Positions 36,824 through 46,875 of a DNA stretch of 64,000 bases are shown piece after piece. Each line of letters opens with the position of its first letter. The stretch's first letter is position 1. A program made the translations under genes and the position numbers. Source of the stretch: Synergistota bacterium (GTDB taxonomy: Bacteria; Synergistota; GBS-1); NCBI GenBank assembly GCA_025060595.1, contig JANXBX010000010.1, positions 2,193-66,192 on the forward strand, read 5' to 3'. The notes under the pieces are model-generated. The model was not told the origin of the DNA, searched no databases, and saw nothing but the letters and a program-made list of their open reading frames with translations.

Positions 36824-37330
36824 TTAAATAAACTTAACTATTTCCTCCAAGGGTAACCTTGGTCTCGGAACAGGCTCCTCAGCAGGATAGCCAAGAGTCA
36901 TAAGTTGAACAACTTCTGCCTCTTTTGGAAGGCCAAGCACCTCTTTAACCTTATCCTGATCAAAGGAACCTATCCAACAGGTCCCAAGCCCCTCTTCTAC
37001 TGCTTGAAGGTGAATGTGTGTCAAAGCTATAGCTATATCAATATAGTGAGCTGGAACCTTACATTTCATAATATAATTATTTTCAGTTGTATAAGCTACG
37101 ATTATTACAGGAGCTGAAAACATGAAAGGCTGATGGGGAGAGGCATTTTGAATAAGTTTTTCCTTTAATTCCTTATTTTTAATCACTATAAACCTCCACT
37201 CCTGCCTATTCCTAGCTGAGGGAGCAAGCCTAGCAGCTTCAAAAATCTTCTTGAGTTTTTCCTCTTCCACATCTTTGGGAAGATAACTTCTGATGCTCCT
37301 TCTTTTCGATATAGCAGTAAACACATCCAT
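36824..37330 (-). CDS. Nitroreductase family protein
   Basis: 168 aa. RRSIRSY, APSARNRQEWRF and CWIGSF motifs of the NADH oxidase/flavin nitroreductase fold. Confidence 0.88.
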   Translation of the reverse strand: MDVFTAISKRRSIRSYLPKDVEEEKLKKIFEAARLAPSARNRQEWRFIVIKNKELKEKLIQNASPHQPFMFSAPVIIVAYTTENNYIMKCKVPAHYIDIAIALTHIHLQAVEEGLGTCWIGSFDQDKVKEVLGLPKEAEVVQLMTLGYPAEEPVPRPRLPLEEIVKFI

Positions 37331-37344
37331 TCCCCATCCCTCCC

Positions 37345-38052
37345 TTAAAAAGCTCGGAATACATTTCGCTCCTTATTAAGCAAACACACCCTAACTTTAG
37401 CAGAACAATACTTTTGAAGAAGCTCAGCAAGCTCATCTCTCGCTTTAACTATAACTTCCTCTGGAGTTAAACCAATACCATCAAGATTTATAACTACTCT
37501 TTTGGTTTCTCCTGTTATTTTGCTGAAGTCACCGTTTCGCCAGTTCCACCTTCTACACATAACATACAAGCTATCATCATCAAAGTAAATTACTTCGCCA
37601 GGTTCTGGATTTTCCTCTTTACCACCCCCTATAGGTACAAACTTCTCTTTACCCTCAGCAAAAGACAATCGAAGATTCCCCTTTATTTTGTCCACATCAT
37701 CTCCACCACATGGAATCAAATATTTTAGAGAAATATAGTTAAATAAGGCAACTACGCTATTTACAAAAGGAATATCTCCCCCCTTTTGAATCCTCTTTAA
37801 TAAGGATTTTATAGAAGGAGGATAACGATTCGGATTAGAACCAAACTTCTTATAAGCCTCATCCCAGGCTCTGACATAATCATGCTCTATCCAATTTCCG
37901 TCACGCCTAAGCTCTAAAGCCTCTCTTAAAAGCAGCTCTATTTCCGAATGCCACAACCCGTTTTCCATAAAGTCCACTAAAACAACTCCCCTTTTGAAAT
38001 CTGGGAAAACACCAAATATCTTAGGATCTATTATAATATTTTTAGTTCCCAC
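37345..38052 (-). CDS. Stand-alone B3/B4 (PheT-like tRNA-binding/editing) domain protein (COG3382-type)
   Basis: 235 aa, GTG start 5 nt after GGAGGTG. PSIKSLLKRIQKGGDIPFVNSVVALFNYISLKYLIPCGGDDVDKIKG resembles the B3/B4 domain of Phe-tRNA synthetase beta. Confidence 0.7.
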   Translation of the reverse strand: MGTKNIIIDPKIFGVFPDFKRGVVLVDFMENGLWHSEIELLLREALELRRDGNWIEHDYVRAWDEAYKKFGSNPNRYPPSIKSLLKRIQKGGDIPFVNSVVALFNYISLKYLIPCGGDDVDKIKGNLRLSFAEGKEKFVPIGGGKEENPEPGEVIYFDDDSLYVMCRRWNWRNGDFSKITGETKRVVINLDGIGLTPEEVIVKARDELAELLQKYCSAKVRVCLLNKERNVFRAF

Positions 38053-38091
38053 CGAACCACCTCCTTTTATTAGTATTATACTCTTAAACCT

Positions 38092-38119
38092 TTCAAATCT
38101 TCACCCCATTTGATATAAT
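38092..38119 (+). promoter_or_regulatory. Sigma-70 promoter of ileS with extended -10
   Basis: TTCAAA (38092..38097), a 16-nt spacer, then TGATATAAT (TG at 38111-12, TATAAT at 38114..38119). This is about 35 nt upstream of the ileS SD. Confidence 0.55.
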
Positions 38120-38162
38120 TCAATAAAACCCCTATAAAATGCCTAAACGAGAGGTGAAGGTA

Positions 38163-40970
38163 ATGGATTATAAAGATACTTTAAATCTTCCCAAAACAAA
38201 ATTTCCAATGAAGGCTGACCTTCCCCAAAGGGAGCCAGAAATACTCAACTTTTGGGAAAGGGAAAATATCAACAAAAAGGCAAGAGAAAAAAGAAGGGGA
38301 GCTCCGAAGTTCGTTCTACATGATGGACCTCCTTATGCTAATGGCCCAATACACATAGGAACAGCATTCAACAAGGTTCTAAAGGATTTTATAGTGAGAT
38401 ATAAATTCATGCGGGGATTTGACGCCCCTTATGTACCAGGATGGGACACACATGGACTACCCATAGAGTATCAAGTTTTAAAGACAAATAACCTTAAAAA
38501 GGATGAAATTGAACCGGCAAAGCTCAGAGATATGTGCAGGGAATATGCTCTTAAATTTGTCAATATTCAAAAAGAAGAGTTTAGGAGGCTTGGTGTAAGG
38601 GGACATTGGGAAAGCTATTACATAACTTTAGACCCAAGGTACGAGGCAAAGCAAATAGAAATTCTTGGAAAAATAGCTTCTAAAGGATATCTCTATAGAT
38701 GGAAGAAACCCGTTTTCTGGTGCGCCTCCTGTGAAACAGCCTTAGCTGCAGCAGAAGTAGAATACTGGGATGAGAGCTCCCATTCTATATACGTAAAATT
38801 TAAAGATACGGGGGACCTTAGGAAGTTTTTTAACAACATAACAGATAAACCGATAAGCGTTCTCATATGGACTACAACGCCTTGGACACTACCAGCTAAT
38901 TTAGCCATAGCACTTCATCCTGAATATGACTATGCATTAGTAGAGGGAAAAAGCGAGGCCTTTATCATAGCTTTAAAGACAAAAAGCAGGATTGAAGAGT
39001 TAATTAAGGAAGAATTAAAGATATTAAGTAGTGTAAAGGGGAAAATGCTAGAAAACCTTAAAGTAATCCACCCCTTTTTGGAAAGAGAGGTACCATTGCT
39101 TTTAGCAGAATTTGTAACTCTCGAAGAAGGTACCGGCTGTGTCCACTCCGCACCAGGACACGGTCCTGAAGACTATGAAATGGGTGTAAGATATGGTCTT
39201 GAACCATTTTCGCCACTAGATAATAAGGGAAGGTTCACTGCAGATATACCCATACTTGAGGGGCTAAGGTATGATGAAGCAGATTACAAAATAATAGAGA
39301 TAATGAAAGAAAATAACAATCTATTACACGCTGACAAAATAAGTCACTCGTATCCTCACTGCTGGAGGTGTAAAAACCCAGTTATATTCAGAGCAACTCC
39401 ACAATGGTTTATAAACGTGAGTGCCTTCAGGGAAATAGCACTTAAATCAATAGACGAAGTAGAATGGATACCCGATTGGGGTAAGAATAGGATATATAAC
39501 ATGGTAAAAGAAAGATCCGATTGGTGTCTTTCAAGACAAAGAGTATGGGGAGTCCCAATACCAGCCTTTTACTGCAAAAGCTGTGGCAAAGAAATAATTA
39601 CTGAAAAAACTATAGAAAAAGTAAAAGAGCTCTTTTTAAAAGAGGGATCAAATGCCTGGTTCTCAAAAAGCTCTGAAGATATTTTGGGCAAAGACTTCAA
39701 GTGCCCTCATTGCGGAAACTCTAAAGGTTTTGATAAGGAAACGGATACCATGGATGTATGGTTTGATTCTGGAGTAAGTCATTTCGCTGTTTTAGAAGAC
39801 AACACAGACTTAAAATGGCCCGCAGATATGTATCTTGAGGGCTCAGATCAACACAGGGGATGGTTCCAGACATCTCTTTTAACATCGGTTGCAGTAAAAG
39901 GAAGAGCACCCTATGAATCGGTATTAACTCATGGATTTATTGTAGACGGTGAAGGAAGAAAGATGTCTAAATCTCTTGGAAATGTAATTTACCCACAGGA
40001 AGTCATAGAAAAATACGGAGCAGATCTGTTAAGACTTTGGGTTGCTTCAGCAGATTATAGGGTGGACGTCAGAATATCAAATAAGATTCTAGAACAGCTA
40101 GTTGAAGCCTATCGAAAGATAAGAAATACAGCAAGATTCATTCTTGGCAATTTATACGACTTCTGTCCCTCTAAGGACTCCGTACCATACGAAGAGTTAC
40201 CAGAAATAGACAAATGGGCATTGCATAGACTTCAACAACTTATAAAGAGAGTAACTTGGGGATATGACCACTATGAGTTTCACCTTCCTTATCACTATAT
40301 ACATGATTTTTGCGTACTCGACATGAGCTCTTTCTATCTTGACATATTAAAAGATAGACTATATGTAATGCCCCCAGATTCTAAGGAAAGGAGAAGCGCT
40401 CAAACTGTTCTTTTCCAAATAATATTAGCCTTAGCAAAGCTTTTAGCCCCTCTTCTTACATTTACCGCAGAAGAAATATGGCAAAACCTTCCTGAACCGG
40501 AAACAAGAGATAAAAGCGTCCACTTAAGCGATTGGCCTACAGTAGAGGAAAAATACATAAACGAGGATTTAGAAAAAAGATGGGATAAGATAATAAAGAT
40601 AAGAAAAGCAGTAAATAAAGCTATAGAGTTAGCTAGACAAAAGGACCTCATAGGATCCTCTCTTGAGGCCAAGGTAAGAATCTTTATACCTGAAGAAGAA
40701 ATAAGAAACCATTTCTCAGAAAAAGAGCTTACAGACATATTCATAGTTTCCCAAGTGGAAGTCTATAGTAAAAACTTGAACGACTTCGATTATAAAGATG
40801 AAGAAGATCTCGGAACCGAAGTGAAAATATTAAAGGCCGATGGAAATAAGTGCGAAAGGTGCTGGCAGTACCACATAGATACAGGGAAAGACCTATCCTA
40901 TCCAAACACCTGTCCGAGATGCGCCTCAGTGTTAAAGAAGCTGGGCTATTCATCACCTGTATCGGAATAG
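38163..40970 (+). CDS. ileS: Isoleucine--tRNA ligase (type 1, C-terminal zinc-binding)
   Basis: The ORF track starts at 38139. ATG 38163 ([12 protein letters not shown]) follows GAGGTGA. HIGH-type ([11 protein letters not shown]), KMSKS, and C-terminal CERCW...CPRC. Confidence 0.96.
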   Translation: MDYKDTLNLPKTKFPMKADLPQREPEILNFWERENINKKAREKRRGAPKFVLHDGPPYANGPIHIGTAFNKVLKDFIVRYKFMRGFDAPYVPGWDTHGLPIEYQVLKTNNLKKDEIEPAKLRDMCREYALKFVNIQKEEFRRLGVRGHWESYYITLDPRYEAKQIEILGKIASKGYLYRWKKPVFWCASCETALAAAEVEYWDESSHSIYVKFKDTGDLRKFFNNITDKPISVLIWTTTPWTLPANLAIALHPEYDYALVEGKSEAFIIALKTKSRIEELIKEELKILSSVKGKMLENLKVIHPFLEREVPLLLAEFVTLEEGTGCVHSAPGHGPEDYEMGVRYGLEPFSPLDNKGRFTADIPILEGLRYDEADYKIIEIMKENNNLLHADKISHSYPHCWRCKNPVIFRATPQWFINVSAFREIALKSIDEVEWIPDWGKNRIYNMVKERSDWCLSRQRVWGVPIPAFYCKSCGKEIITEKTIEKVKELFLKEGSNAWFSKSSEDILGKDFKCPHCGNSKGFDKETDTMDVWFDSGVSHFAVLEDNTDLKWPADMYLEGSDQHRGWFQTSLLTSVAVKGRAPYESVLTHGFIVDGEGRKMSKSLGNVIYPQEVIEKYGADLLRLWVASADYRVDVRISNKILEQLVEAYRKIRNTARFILGNLYDFCPSKDSVPYEELPEIDKWALHRLQQLIKRVTWGYDHYEFHLPYHYIHDFCVLDMSSFYLDILKDRLYVMPPDSKERRSAQTVLFQIILALAKLLAPLLTFTAEEIWQNLPEPETRDKSVHLSDWPTVEEKYINEDLEKRWDKIIKIRKAVNKAIELARQKDLIGSSLEAKVRIFIPEEEIRNHFSEKELTDIFIVSQVEVYSKNLNDFDYKDEEDLGTEVKILKADGNKCERCWQYHIDTGKDLSYPNTCPRCASVLKKLGYSSPVSE

Positions 40971-41365
40971 ATAGACTATCCAAAATATGGGCTTTAGAAA
41001 ATCTATGGGGAGGAGAGGGTAAAACCCTTCTTCTCCCTTTCTTTAGGCTTAAACTTACCTTTAATGAAGGCTCTCTGTGGGGATTGAAGGTTTTCGAAAA
41101 TAACCTTTGGTGGATAGTCATAACTGCAATACTAATAGGAGGATTATATTTCTTTCATATTAATAAAACGGGATTTAAAATAGGAAGAAGCTTAATAGTT
41201 AGTGGAGCCATAGGAAACCTTATCGATAGATTAAGCTACGGTAAAGTCATAGATTTCATTAGTATTTATAAATGGCCGATCTTCAATTTAGCTGATGCTT
41301 TTATGACAATAGGATTAATATTTTTATTTATGATCTTCTTTATAAATAGAGATGATAATAATTAA
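40919..41365 (+). CDS. lspA: Lipoprotein signal peptidase II
   Basis: The ORF 40850..41365 overlaps ileS. ATG 40919 gives a 148-aa protein with [22 protein letters not shown] and FNLADA motifs. The conserved ileS-lspA order is present. Confidence 0.9.
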   Translation: MRLSVKEAGLFITCIGIDRLSKIWALENLWGGEGKTLLLPFFRLKLTFNEGSLWGLKVFENNLWWIVITAILIGGLYFFHINKTGFKIGRSLIVSGAIGNLIDRLSYGKVIDFISIYKWPIFNLADAFMTIGLIFLFMIFFINRDDNN

Positions 41366-42254
41366 AGTTAACCTTGAAGAGGCGGGTAAACGATTAGACA
41401 AGTTTCTTGCAGAAAAGCTACTCGAGTTCTCCAGATCCTTTATAAAGGATCTCATAGAAGAGGGCAAGGTAAAAGTTAATGAAAAGAAAAGCGAACCAAG
41501 TTACAAGATAAAAGCCGGTGATGAAATTAAAATAGAGGAGTTTTCCCCTCCACAGAAGGAACTAAAGCCCCAAGACATAGCTCTAAAAACGGTTTATGAA
41601 GATGAGGATATACTGATCATAGACAAACCCGCTGGCATGGCAGTTCACCCAGCGCCAGGATGTGAAGAAAACACGGTAGTCAACGCATTACTCAACAGAT
41701 ACAAGGATTTACCAGCCTCTTCTCCAGAAAGGCCAGGTATAATCCATCGGCTTGATAAAGACACTTCGGGATTAATGATAATAGCTAAAAGCCCGTTAGC
41801 ATATAATAAGCTCTCCAAAGACTTTGCTGAAAGGAAAATAGATAAAAAATATCTAGCCTTACTTGTCGGAAACCTACCTATTGATGAGGGTGTAATAGAC
41901 CTACCCATAGGAAGGGATCCTTTTGATAGAAAAAAGATGAAAGTAACCCTTGGGGGAAGAGAAGCCATAACCTTATTCAAGGTTCTTAAAAGATACAAAA
42001 ATTTCACTTTAGTGGAAGTTAAGATTAAAACAGGAAGAACCCACCAAATAAGAGTTCACTTCTCCTATGAAGGATATCCTGTTGCAGGGGACGAAATATA
42101 TGGACAAGGAAAGATTTCTGGATTAGAAAGACAATTCTTACACGCATACTATCTATCCTTCAATCACCCTAGAACAATGAAAACCCTTATATTTAGGTCA
42201 CCCTTACCTAAAGACCTTAGAGATTTTCTCCGCTCCTTGGTCTTACCCAAATAG
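41352..42254 (+). CDS. rluD: RluD/RluA-family 23S rRNA pseudouridine synthase with an S4 domain
   Basis: 300 aa. S4 (RLDKFLAE...) and the catalytic HRLDKDTSGLMIIAK. GRTHQIRVH motif. Confidence 0.92.
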   Translation: MIIIKVNLEEAGKRLDKFLAEKLLEFSRSFIKDLIEEGKVKVNEKKSEPSYKIKAGDEIKIEEFSPPQKELKPQDIALKTVYEDEDILIIDKPAGMAVHPAPGCEENTVVNALLNRYKDLPASSPERPGIIHRLDKDTSGLMIIAKSPLAYNKLSKDFAERKIDKKYLALLVGNLPIDEGVIDLPIGRDPFDRKKMKVTLGGREAITLFKVLKRYKNFTLVEVKIKTGRTHQIRVHFSYEGYPVAGDEIYGQGKISGLERQFLHAYYLSFNHPRTMKTLIFRSPLPKDLRDFLRSLVLPK

Positions 42255-43758
42255 TTTTTTGATTCTTAATTAAAACAGCTCCTTTCTTACCAGAAGGATG
42301 CCTTTTAACATACTTGACCAACGTATAGTCGACAGGGACTTTTGTATTCATCTTAGCTTTACTATAATAAGCAGCTAAAGAAGCAGCAATCTCTAAAACA
42401 TCTTGAGGAACATCAGATCGTGAGAAATTTTTTATTATAACATGACTACCCGGTGAGCCTTTAACATGAAGCCAAACATCCTCTCCCGAAGCTATCTTAA
42501 AGGTTAAAATCTCATTTGAAGAGCTCCCCTTACCAACTAATATAGTCCAGCCATTATATTTAAACTCCCTAAAAGGGCTGCTTACCTCAGAAGGTTTCTT
42601 CCTTTCAACCGATAAACTTAGTGTTTTTACCCCCTCGAGCTTAGAAAGCTCTTCCTCAACCTTCTTAAGTTCCTCCTCCGCCTTCTCTATCCCTCTTTTA
42701 AGCTTTGAAGCCTCTTTAAAGTACCTCTGAGCATTCATTGCAGGCGTCAAAGAAGGATCAAGTTCCACTTCTTCAATTTCACCCGTATATGGATTAACCA
42801 TATTGACTCTTGAAGCCTTGTCAGGTATAGATGAAAGATTAGTAAATATCATTTCACCGATAATCTCAAACCTTCTTACCTCATCCCTTCTCGATAAGAA
42901 TTTATTTAGATTTTCTCTCTTCTTAAGAAGATATCTACGTCTATCTTCTATTTCCTTAGCTCTCCTTTGCTCCTCTTCCCTTAAAAGATCAACCTCAGCC
43001 TTCTCTTTTAAAAAGGACTCTATTAACTCTGAAAGGCTATTAAAATATTTTCTACCTATGGCCCCTTCCATATCGTAGTCAAAAATCCAATAATCAAGGG
43101 GATGTCCTTCAGGGGAAAGAAAGAGGGTTGGCTTATAGTTTCCCTTCTGTAATCTGTCTAACCATTCATTCCATCCTATCTCTACATTAGGGAAAGAGTT
43201 TAAGAAGCTTATAAGATTTCTGCTTAACCCCTGATAAGATCTCGTTTTAAAAGCATTTTCATTAAACTCATTTAAATGAAGAGGATTTACTCCCACGGAA
43301 GGAGGAGACAAATAAAAGTTAGCCTCATATGAGACTTTATTCCAACTGCCTATTACTCTTCTACCTTCTCCAACTAAAATAGCATTTAACTTCTTTGGAA
43401 TAAACTCTACAAATAAACGCTTCCTTTCAACAAGTCTACCAGGATAAACTACCTCAAAGTCTAAGATAATGACCCTATCAAACTCATTCTGATATATACT
43501 AACTAAAGTGCTCCCTACAAGATGTTTTCTCAAGAGCAAAACGAAAGGAGACTCTATCTCATCGGAAGGCACAAAAGGGTCTTTACTAATGAAGGCAGAA
43601 AAACTCCTTTCATGCAAAATGAAAATAAAATGCTCTTCTTTCCCAACTTCGAAAGAAAAACCTTCCCTATTTCCTTTTACCCCTTTAATAACTTTTCCCA
43701 AAAGAGAAGATTTCGCCTCTTTTACAAGAAGATAAATTAAGCTACTATCAAAGGCCAT
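42217..43758 (-). CDS. rqcH: NFACT-family ribosome quality-control protein (RqcH / FbpA-like)
   Basis: 513 aa. NFACT-N, coiled-coil middle, C-terminal NFACT-R/DUF814 (WLHVKGSPGSHVIIKN). Converges on rluD with a 38-nt overlap. Confidence 0.85.
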   Translation of the reverse strand: MAFDSSLIYLLVKEAKSSLLGKVIKGVKGNREGFSFEVGKEEHFIFILHERSFSAFISKDPFVPSDEIESPFVLLLRKHLVGSTLVSIYQNEFDRVIILDFEVVYPGRLVERKRLFVEFIPKKLNAILVGEGRRVIGSWNKVSYEANFYLSPPSVGVNPLHLNEFNENAFKTRSYQGLSRNLISFLNSFPNVEIGWNEWLDRLQKGNYKPTLFLSPEGHPLDYWIFDYDMEGAIGRKYFNSLSELIESFLKEKAEVDLLREEEQRRAKEIEDRRRYLLKKRENLNKFLSRRDEVRRFEIIGEMIFTNLSSIPDKASRVNMVNPYTGEIEEVELDPSLTPAMNAQRYFKEASKLKRGIEKAEEELKKVEEELSKLEGVKTLSLSVERKKPSEVSSPFREFKYNGWTILVGKGSSSNEILTFKIASGEDVWLHVKGSPGSHVIIKNFSRSDVPQDVLEIAASLAAYYSKAKMNTKVPVDYTLVKYVKRHPSGKKGAVLIKNQKTIWVRPRSGENL

Positions 43759-43775
43759 ACCCTAGGAAAGATACA

Positions 43776-44834
43776 TTATTCAACTACCTTAGCAATCATA
43801 GAAGTCTTCAAATCTCTTTCCGTTTTTATATTTCCTTTACCCTTGCTTTTTGCAAGATATAAGGCTTCATCAGCTCTTAAAAGAAGCTCTCTTGGCGTAT
43901 CTTTCTTGCTAGCCTCAGCTAAACCAGCACTTAAAGTAACCCTTATCTGATTCCCTTTACTAGTAGGGAACAAAACTTTCTCCACATTTGAAAGGATTCT
44001 CTCCATAACTGCAAAAGCATCCTCTAGCTTTCTACCTGGCATAAGAATACAGAACTCATCTCCTCCATATCGATAAAGCAGATCTCCATTAGATAGTCCG
44101 CTTTTAACGACTTCAGTTACCTTTCTTAAAACGTCATCACCAAATACATGCCCATATTTATCATTTATTTCCTTGAAATTATCTATGTCAAATATAACTA
44201 CACTAAATGGGGTACCTTCTACCTTCTTTTTCTTTATATTCAGAACAACCATTGTCTCCAAACTACCTCTGTTAAGAGCCCCAGTTAAACGATCAGTCAA
44301 AGCTTCTGTTTGTACTTTCTTAAGCTCTTGTTTCAAATCCTTTATCTGTCTCTTAGAATCCTCAAGCTCCTTGTTGAGATCATCTATCTTCTTTCTAGCT
44401 CTTACAACCTCCTCAAGCAATCCCTTAACTAAAGAAGATATATCTCTTTTCTCAACAGCTTCTTTAACCCCATCAGAAAAAATCTCAATCGTAGAATCAA
44501 AATCTTTTCCCATCCCATGCAGGTTTTCAGCATGATTGGCAAGCTCTTCAGCTACAGCATAAAGCTTAGCCGAGGTCTCAGCTAAGACCGTCTCTTTATC
44601 ACTTGTCCCTAAGTTAAGTCCCCATTCCTTGATGAAGTTCTCCCATGTCAGTGGAATATTACTTTCCTTAAATTTTTCCACTATTTTATAACACCTTTCA
44701 TAATTCTCTGGGGTTAAAGGAATATAGTATCTTTTATCCGTGGCAAAAATTAAAGCTGTACGTGCAATCTCACTTATTCTTTCCAGTTCTTTTTTCCTTT
44801 TTTCCAACTCATTACTATCAAGTAAAGAAACCAT
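43776..44834 (-). CDS. Diguanylate cyclase (GGDEF) with an uncharacterised helical N-terminal domain
   Basis: 352 aa. DRLTGALNRG, FDIDNFKEINDKYGH, RYGGDEF, and the C-terminal EALYLAKSKGKG. Confidence 0.9.
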   Translation of the reverse strand: MVSLLDSNELEKRKKELERISEIARTALIFATDKRYYIPLTPENYERCYKIVEKFKESNIPLTWENFIKEWGLNLGTSDKETVLAETSAKLYAVAEELANHAENLHGMGKDFDSTIEIFSDGVKEAVEKRDISSLVKGLLEEVVRARKKIDDLNKELEDSKRQIKDLKQELKKVQTEALTDRLTGALNRGSLETMVVLNIKKKKVEGTPFSVVIFDIDNFKEINDKYGHVFGDDVLRKVTEVVKSGLSNGDLLYRYGGDEFCILMPGRKLEDAFAVMERILSNVEKVLFPTSKGNQIRVTLSAGLAEASKKDTPRELLLRADEALYLAKSKGKGNIKTERDLKTSMIAKVVE

Positions 44835-44843
44835 TAAGCTTTC

Positions 44844-45770
44844 CTACCTCTCCTTTTTTCTCTCCCAAAGCTCATATAATCTCTCACCAAGAGAAGTTAT
44901 ATAATCCCTTCTCTCTAACCCGTTTAGCCAGTTTTCAGGAATAGCCCCAGCCCCATTAAAAGCTCCACTTATAGCGCCGGTTAATGCTGCTATAGTATCA
45001 GTATCTCCACCAGCCATAACAGCATTAACCACACTTCCAAGAAAACTATCTGGTGAAAACGCGAAACAATAAAGCGCACTTGGAACGCTTTCAACTACAT
45101 ATACGCTTGTCCCCAGAAGAGGAAGAGCATCCATAGGAGGAAAGTCCTCTTGCAAGTAGCTATGAGCCTTCTTAAGCTTATTTGCAATTTCAGAATTACC
45201 CACATAATCCGCAACTTCCATTAGGAACGTATCAGGATTAAGAGTTCCACTAGATGCACGAGCTATAGCATAAGCTATAGCTTGGGCTCCCTTTATAGCT
45301 TCTATATTTTTATGAGTTATTTCAACAGCAAGCTTAACTTTTTCCTTTAACTTATTAAAATCATCCTTATAAAGAAGAGCAAGAGGAACTACCCTAACAG
45401 CCCCCCCATTACTTGCAGCCATATCTCCACCAATTCCACTCTCCCTCCACGAAATTCCTTTAAGGAGTTTCTCTATAGCCTCCTTCGTTACCTTACCTAC
45501 TCCTCTTGTATCACCTTTTTTATACCATTCTACAAGCTTTTTAGCTGTGTCTTCAGGATCTATATCTCCTTTATCTATAATGCTTTCCGCCTGAGCAATA
45601 GCAAGCATAGTATCATCAGTAAATTGCCCTGCTTTCAAACCAGCGCGTGAAAGAAAACTCTTTCTATCCCATTTTTTCCTAATATCCCTCGAATTCCATC
45701 CTTCAAAGGGCATACCCAGAGCATCACCTACAGCAAGCCCGAGAAGCGCTCCTACAAACTTATCTTTCAC
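44844..45770 (-). CDS. ADP-ribosylglycohydrolase family protein (DraG/ARH-like)
   Basis: 308 aa. GLAVGDALGMPFEG, FTDDT and GGDTDTIAALTGAISGA metal-binding motifs. Confidence 0.9.
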   Translation of the reverse strand: MKDKFVGALLGLAVGDALGMPFEGWNSRDIRKKWDRKSFLSRAGLKAGQFTDDTMLAIAQAESIIDKGDIDPEDTAKKLVEWYKKGDTRGVGKVTKEAIEKLLKGISWRESGIGGDMAASNGGAVRVVPLALLYKDDFNKLKEKVKLAVEITHKNIEAIKGAQAIAYAIARASSGTLNPDTFLMEVADYVGNSEIANKLKKAHSYLQEDFPPMDALPLLGTSVYVVESVPSALYCFAFSPDSFLGSVVNAVMAGGDTDTIAALTGAISGAFNGAGAIPENWLNGLERRDYITSLGERLYELWERKKER

Positions 45771-45788
45771 TAAACAACCCCCCTCTTC

Positions 45789-46760
45789 TTAGGAGAACCT
45801 TTCCCTTAACTCATCGATATCTCTAGTTACTCCCAAAAGAACCATCAACTTAACCCTTGCTTTCAACCCATTAAGCTTCCCAGCCGGTATGATGCCTCTC
45901 TTGACAAGATCCAAGCTACCACCACTATATCCATATATCGGAATTACATCAGAACCTGGGCACCTACTTGCAAGAACTATAAAAAGACCATTCTCTAAGG
46001 CTTTCTCTAAAAATGGAACCAAAGAAGGAGGAACATTACCCACTCCCATACCTTCTAAAACTATCCCTTTATAATTGGCGGAAATTAAAAGATCTATAAT
46101 ATCTGGATCCATAGAGAAGCAAACCTTTATCAAAGCAACCCTTTCTTCTACTTCATCAATCTCATAAAATTCCCTCTTAAGAAGCTTTCTTCTAAACTCT
46201 ACTCCATTAGGTGTTAAACTTCCTAAAAAGCCGTAAGGGAAAGAAGAAAAGGCGTCTATTCCGAAAGATTTTAGCTTTATAACTTCAGAAGCAGCATGAA
46301 TTTCATCATTCATGACCACCAAAACGCCTTGTCCTATAGCATCAAAGCAAGAAGCAACTTTTATAGCGTTATATAGGTTCCTTAAAGCATCGCTACCAGG
46401 AAAGCTTAAAGGATACATCGCCCCAGTAAAAACCACAGGAACAGCACCACCGTAAAGAAGATCCACCATATAAGATGTTTCCTCAAGGGCATCAGTCCCA
46501 TGGGTCACAACTATACCATCATAGCTCTTTGAAAGCTCTCTTATTAAACGAACCAATTCCATTACATCCCTTGTAGTTAAATAACCTGATGGAAGCAACT
46601 TCCACTCCTTAACTTCTATCTCCGAAACATTTGAAGGAAGAACAGGTAGCTTGCTAACAAGATCCGCACCTTTAAGGCGAGGCATCAGCCCACTGTTTCC
46701 AGACTCATCCATTGAAATAGTCCCACCTGTAGTTATAATAGCAATCCTATTTTCCCCGAT
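45789..46760 (-). CDS. L-asparaginase (type I / AnsA-like); probable non-canonical ATC start
   Basis: The ORF track begins at ATG 46712, but the in-frame upstream codons encode GENRIAIITTGGTIS, the catalytic TGGT motif. HGTDALEETS is also present. GGGGGAGGTG lies 7 nt upstream of ATC 46760. There is no ATG/GTG/TTG in frame. Confidence 0.8.
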   Translation of the reverse strand: MGENRIAIITTGGTISMDESGNSGLMPRLKGADLVSKLPVLPSNVSEIEVKEWKLLPSGYLTTRDVMELVRLIRELSKSYDGIVVTHGTDALEETSYMVDLLYGGAVPVVFTGAMYPLSFPGSDALRNLYNAIKVASCFDAIGQGVLVVMNDEIHAASEVIKLKSFGIDAFSSFPYGFLGSLTPNGVEFRRKLLKREFYEIDEVEERVALIKVCFSMDPDIIDLLISANYKGIVLEGMGVGNVPPSLVPFLEKALENGLFIVLASRCPGSDVIPIYGYSGGSLDLVKRGIIPAGKLNGLKARVKLMVLLGVTRDIDELRERFS

Positions 46761-46875
46761 TTTAAAACACCTCCCCCTTAAAAGATTTTAACATAAAAGT
46801 TGCCACCAAATGATTCACAGGAAACTTATAACTTCTTTAATTATTGTTAATTTGCTCCATGAAATTAAAACTTCC

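Noticed and set aside
38053-38162. T-box leader upstream of ileS (and likewise upstream of valS at 18245..18268)
   Set aside because: The ileS leader after the predicted promoter is only about 35-40 nt, with no specifier hairpin or T-box sequence. valS overlaps engB. T-box riboswitches need about 200 nt or more.
46764-46794. 10-codon upstream ORF (MLKSFKGEVF*) ahead of the asparaginase gene as a leader peptide or as the true start via a frameshift
   Set aside because: Its ATG sits inside the predicted extended -10 element (TGTTAAAAT), and the ORF contains the asparaginase SD. It is most likely not transcribed or translated. The SD+ATC explanation is simpler. The possibility of a T4/A4 homopolymer error is noted under the asparaginase finding.
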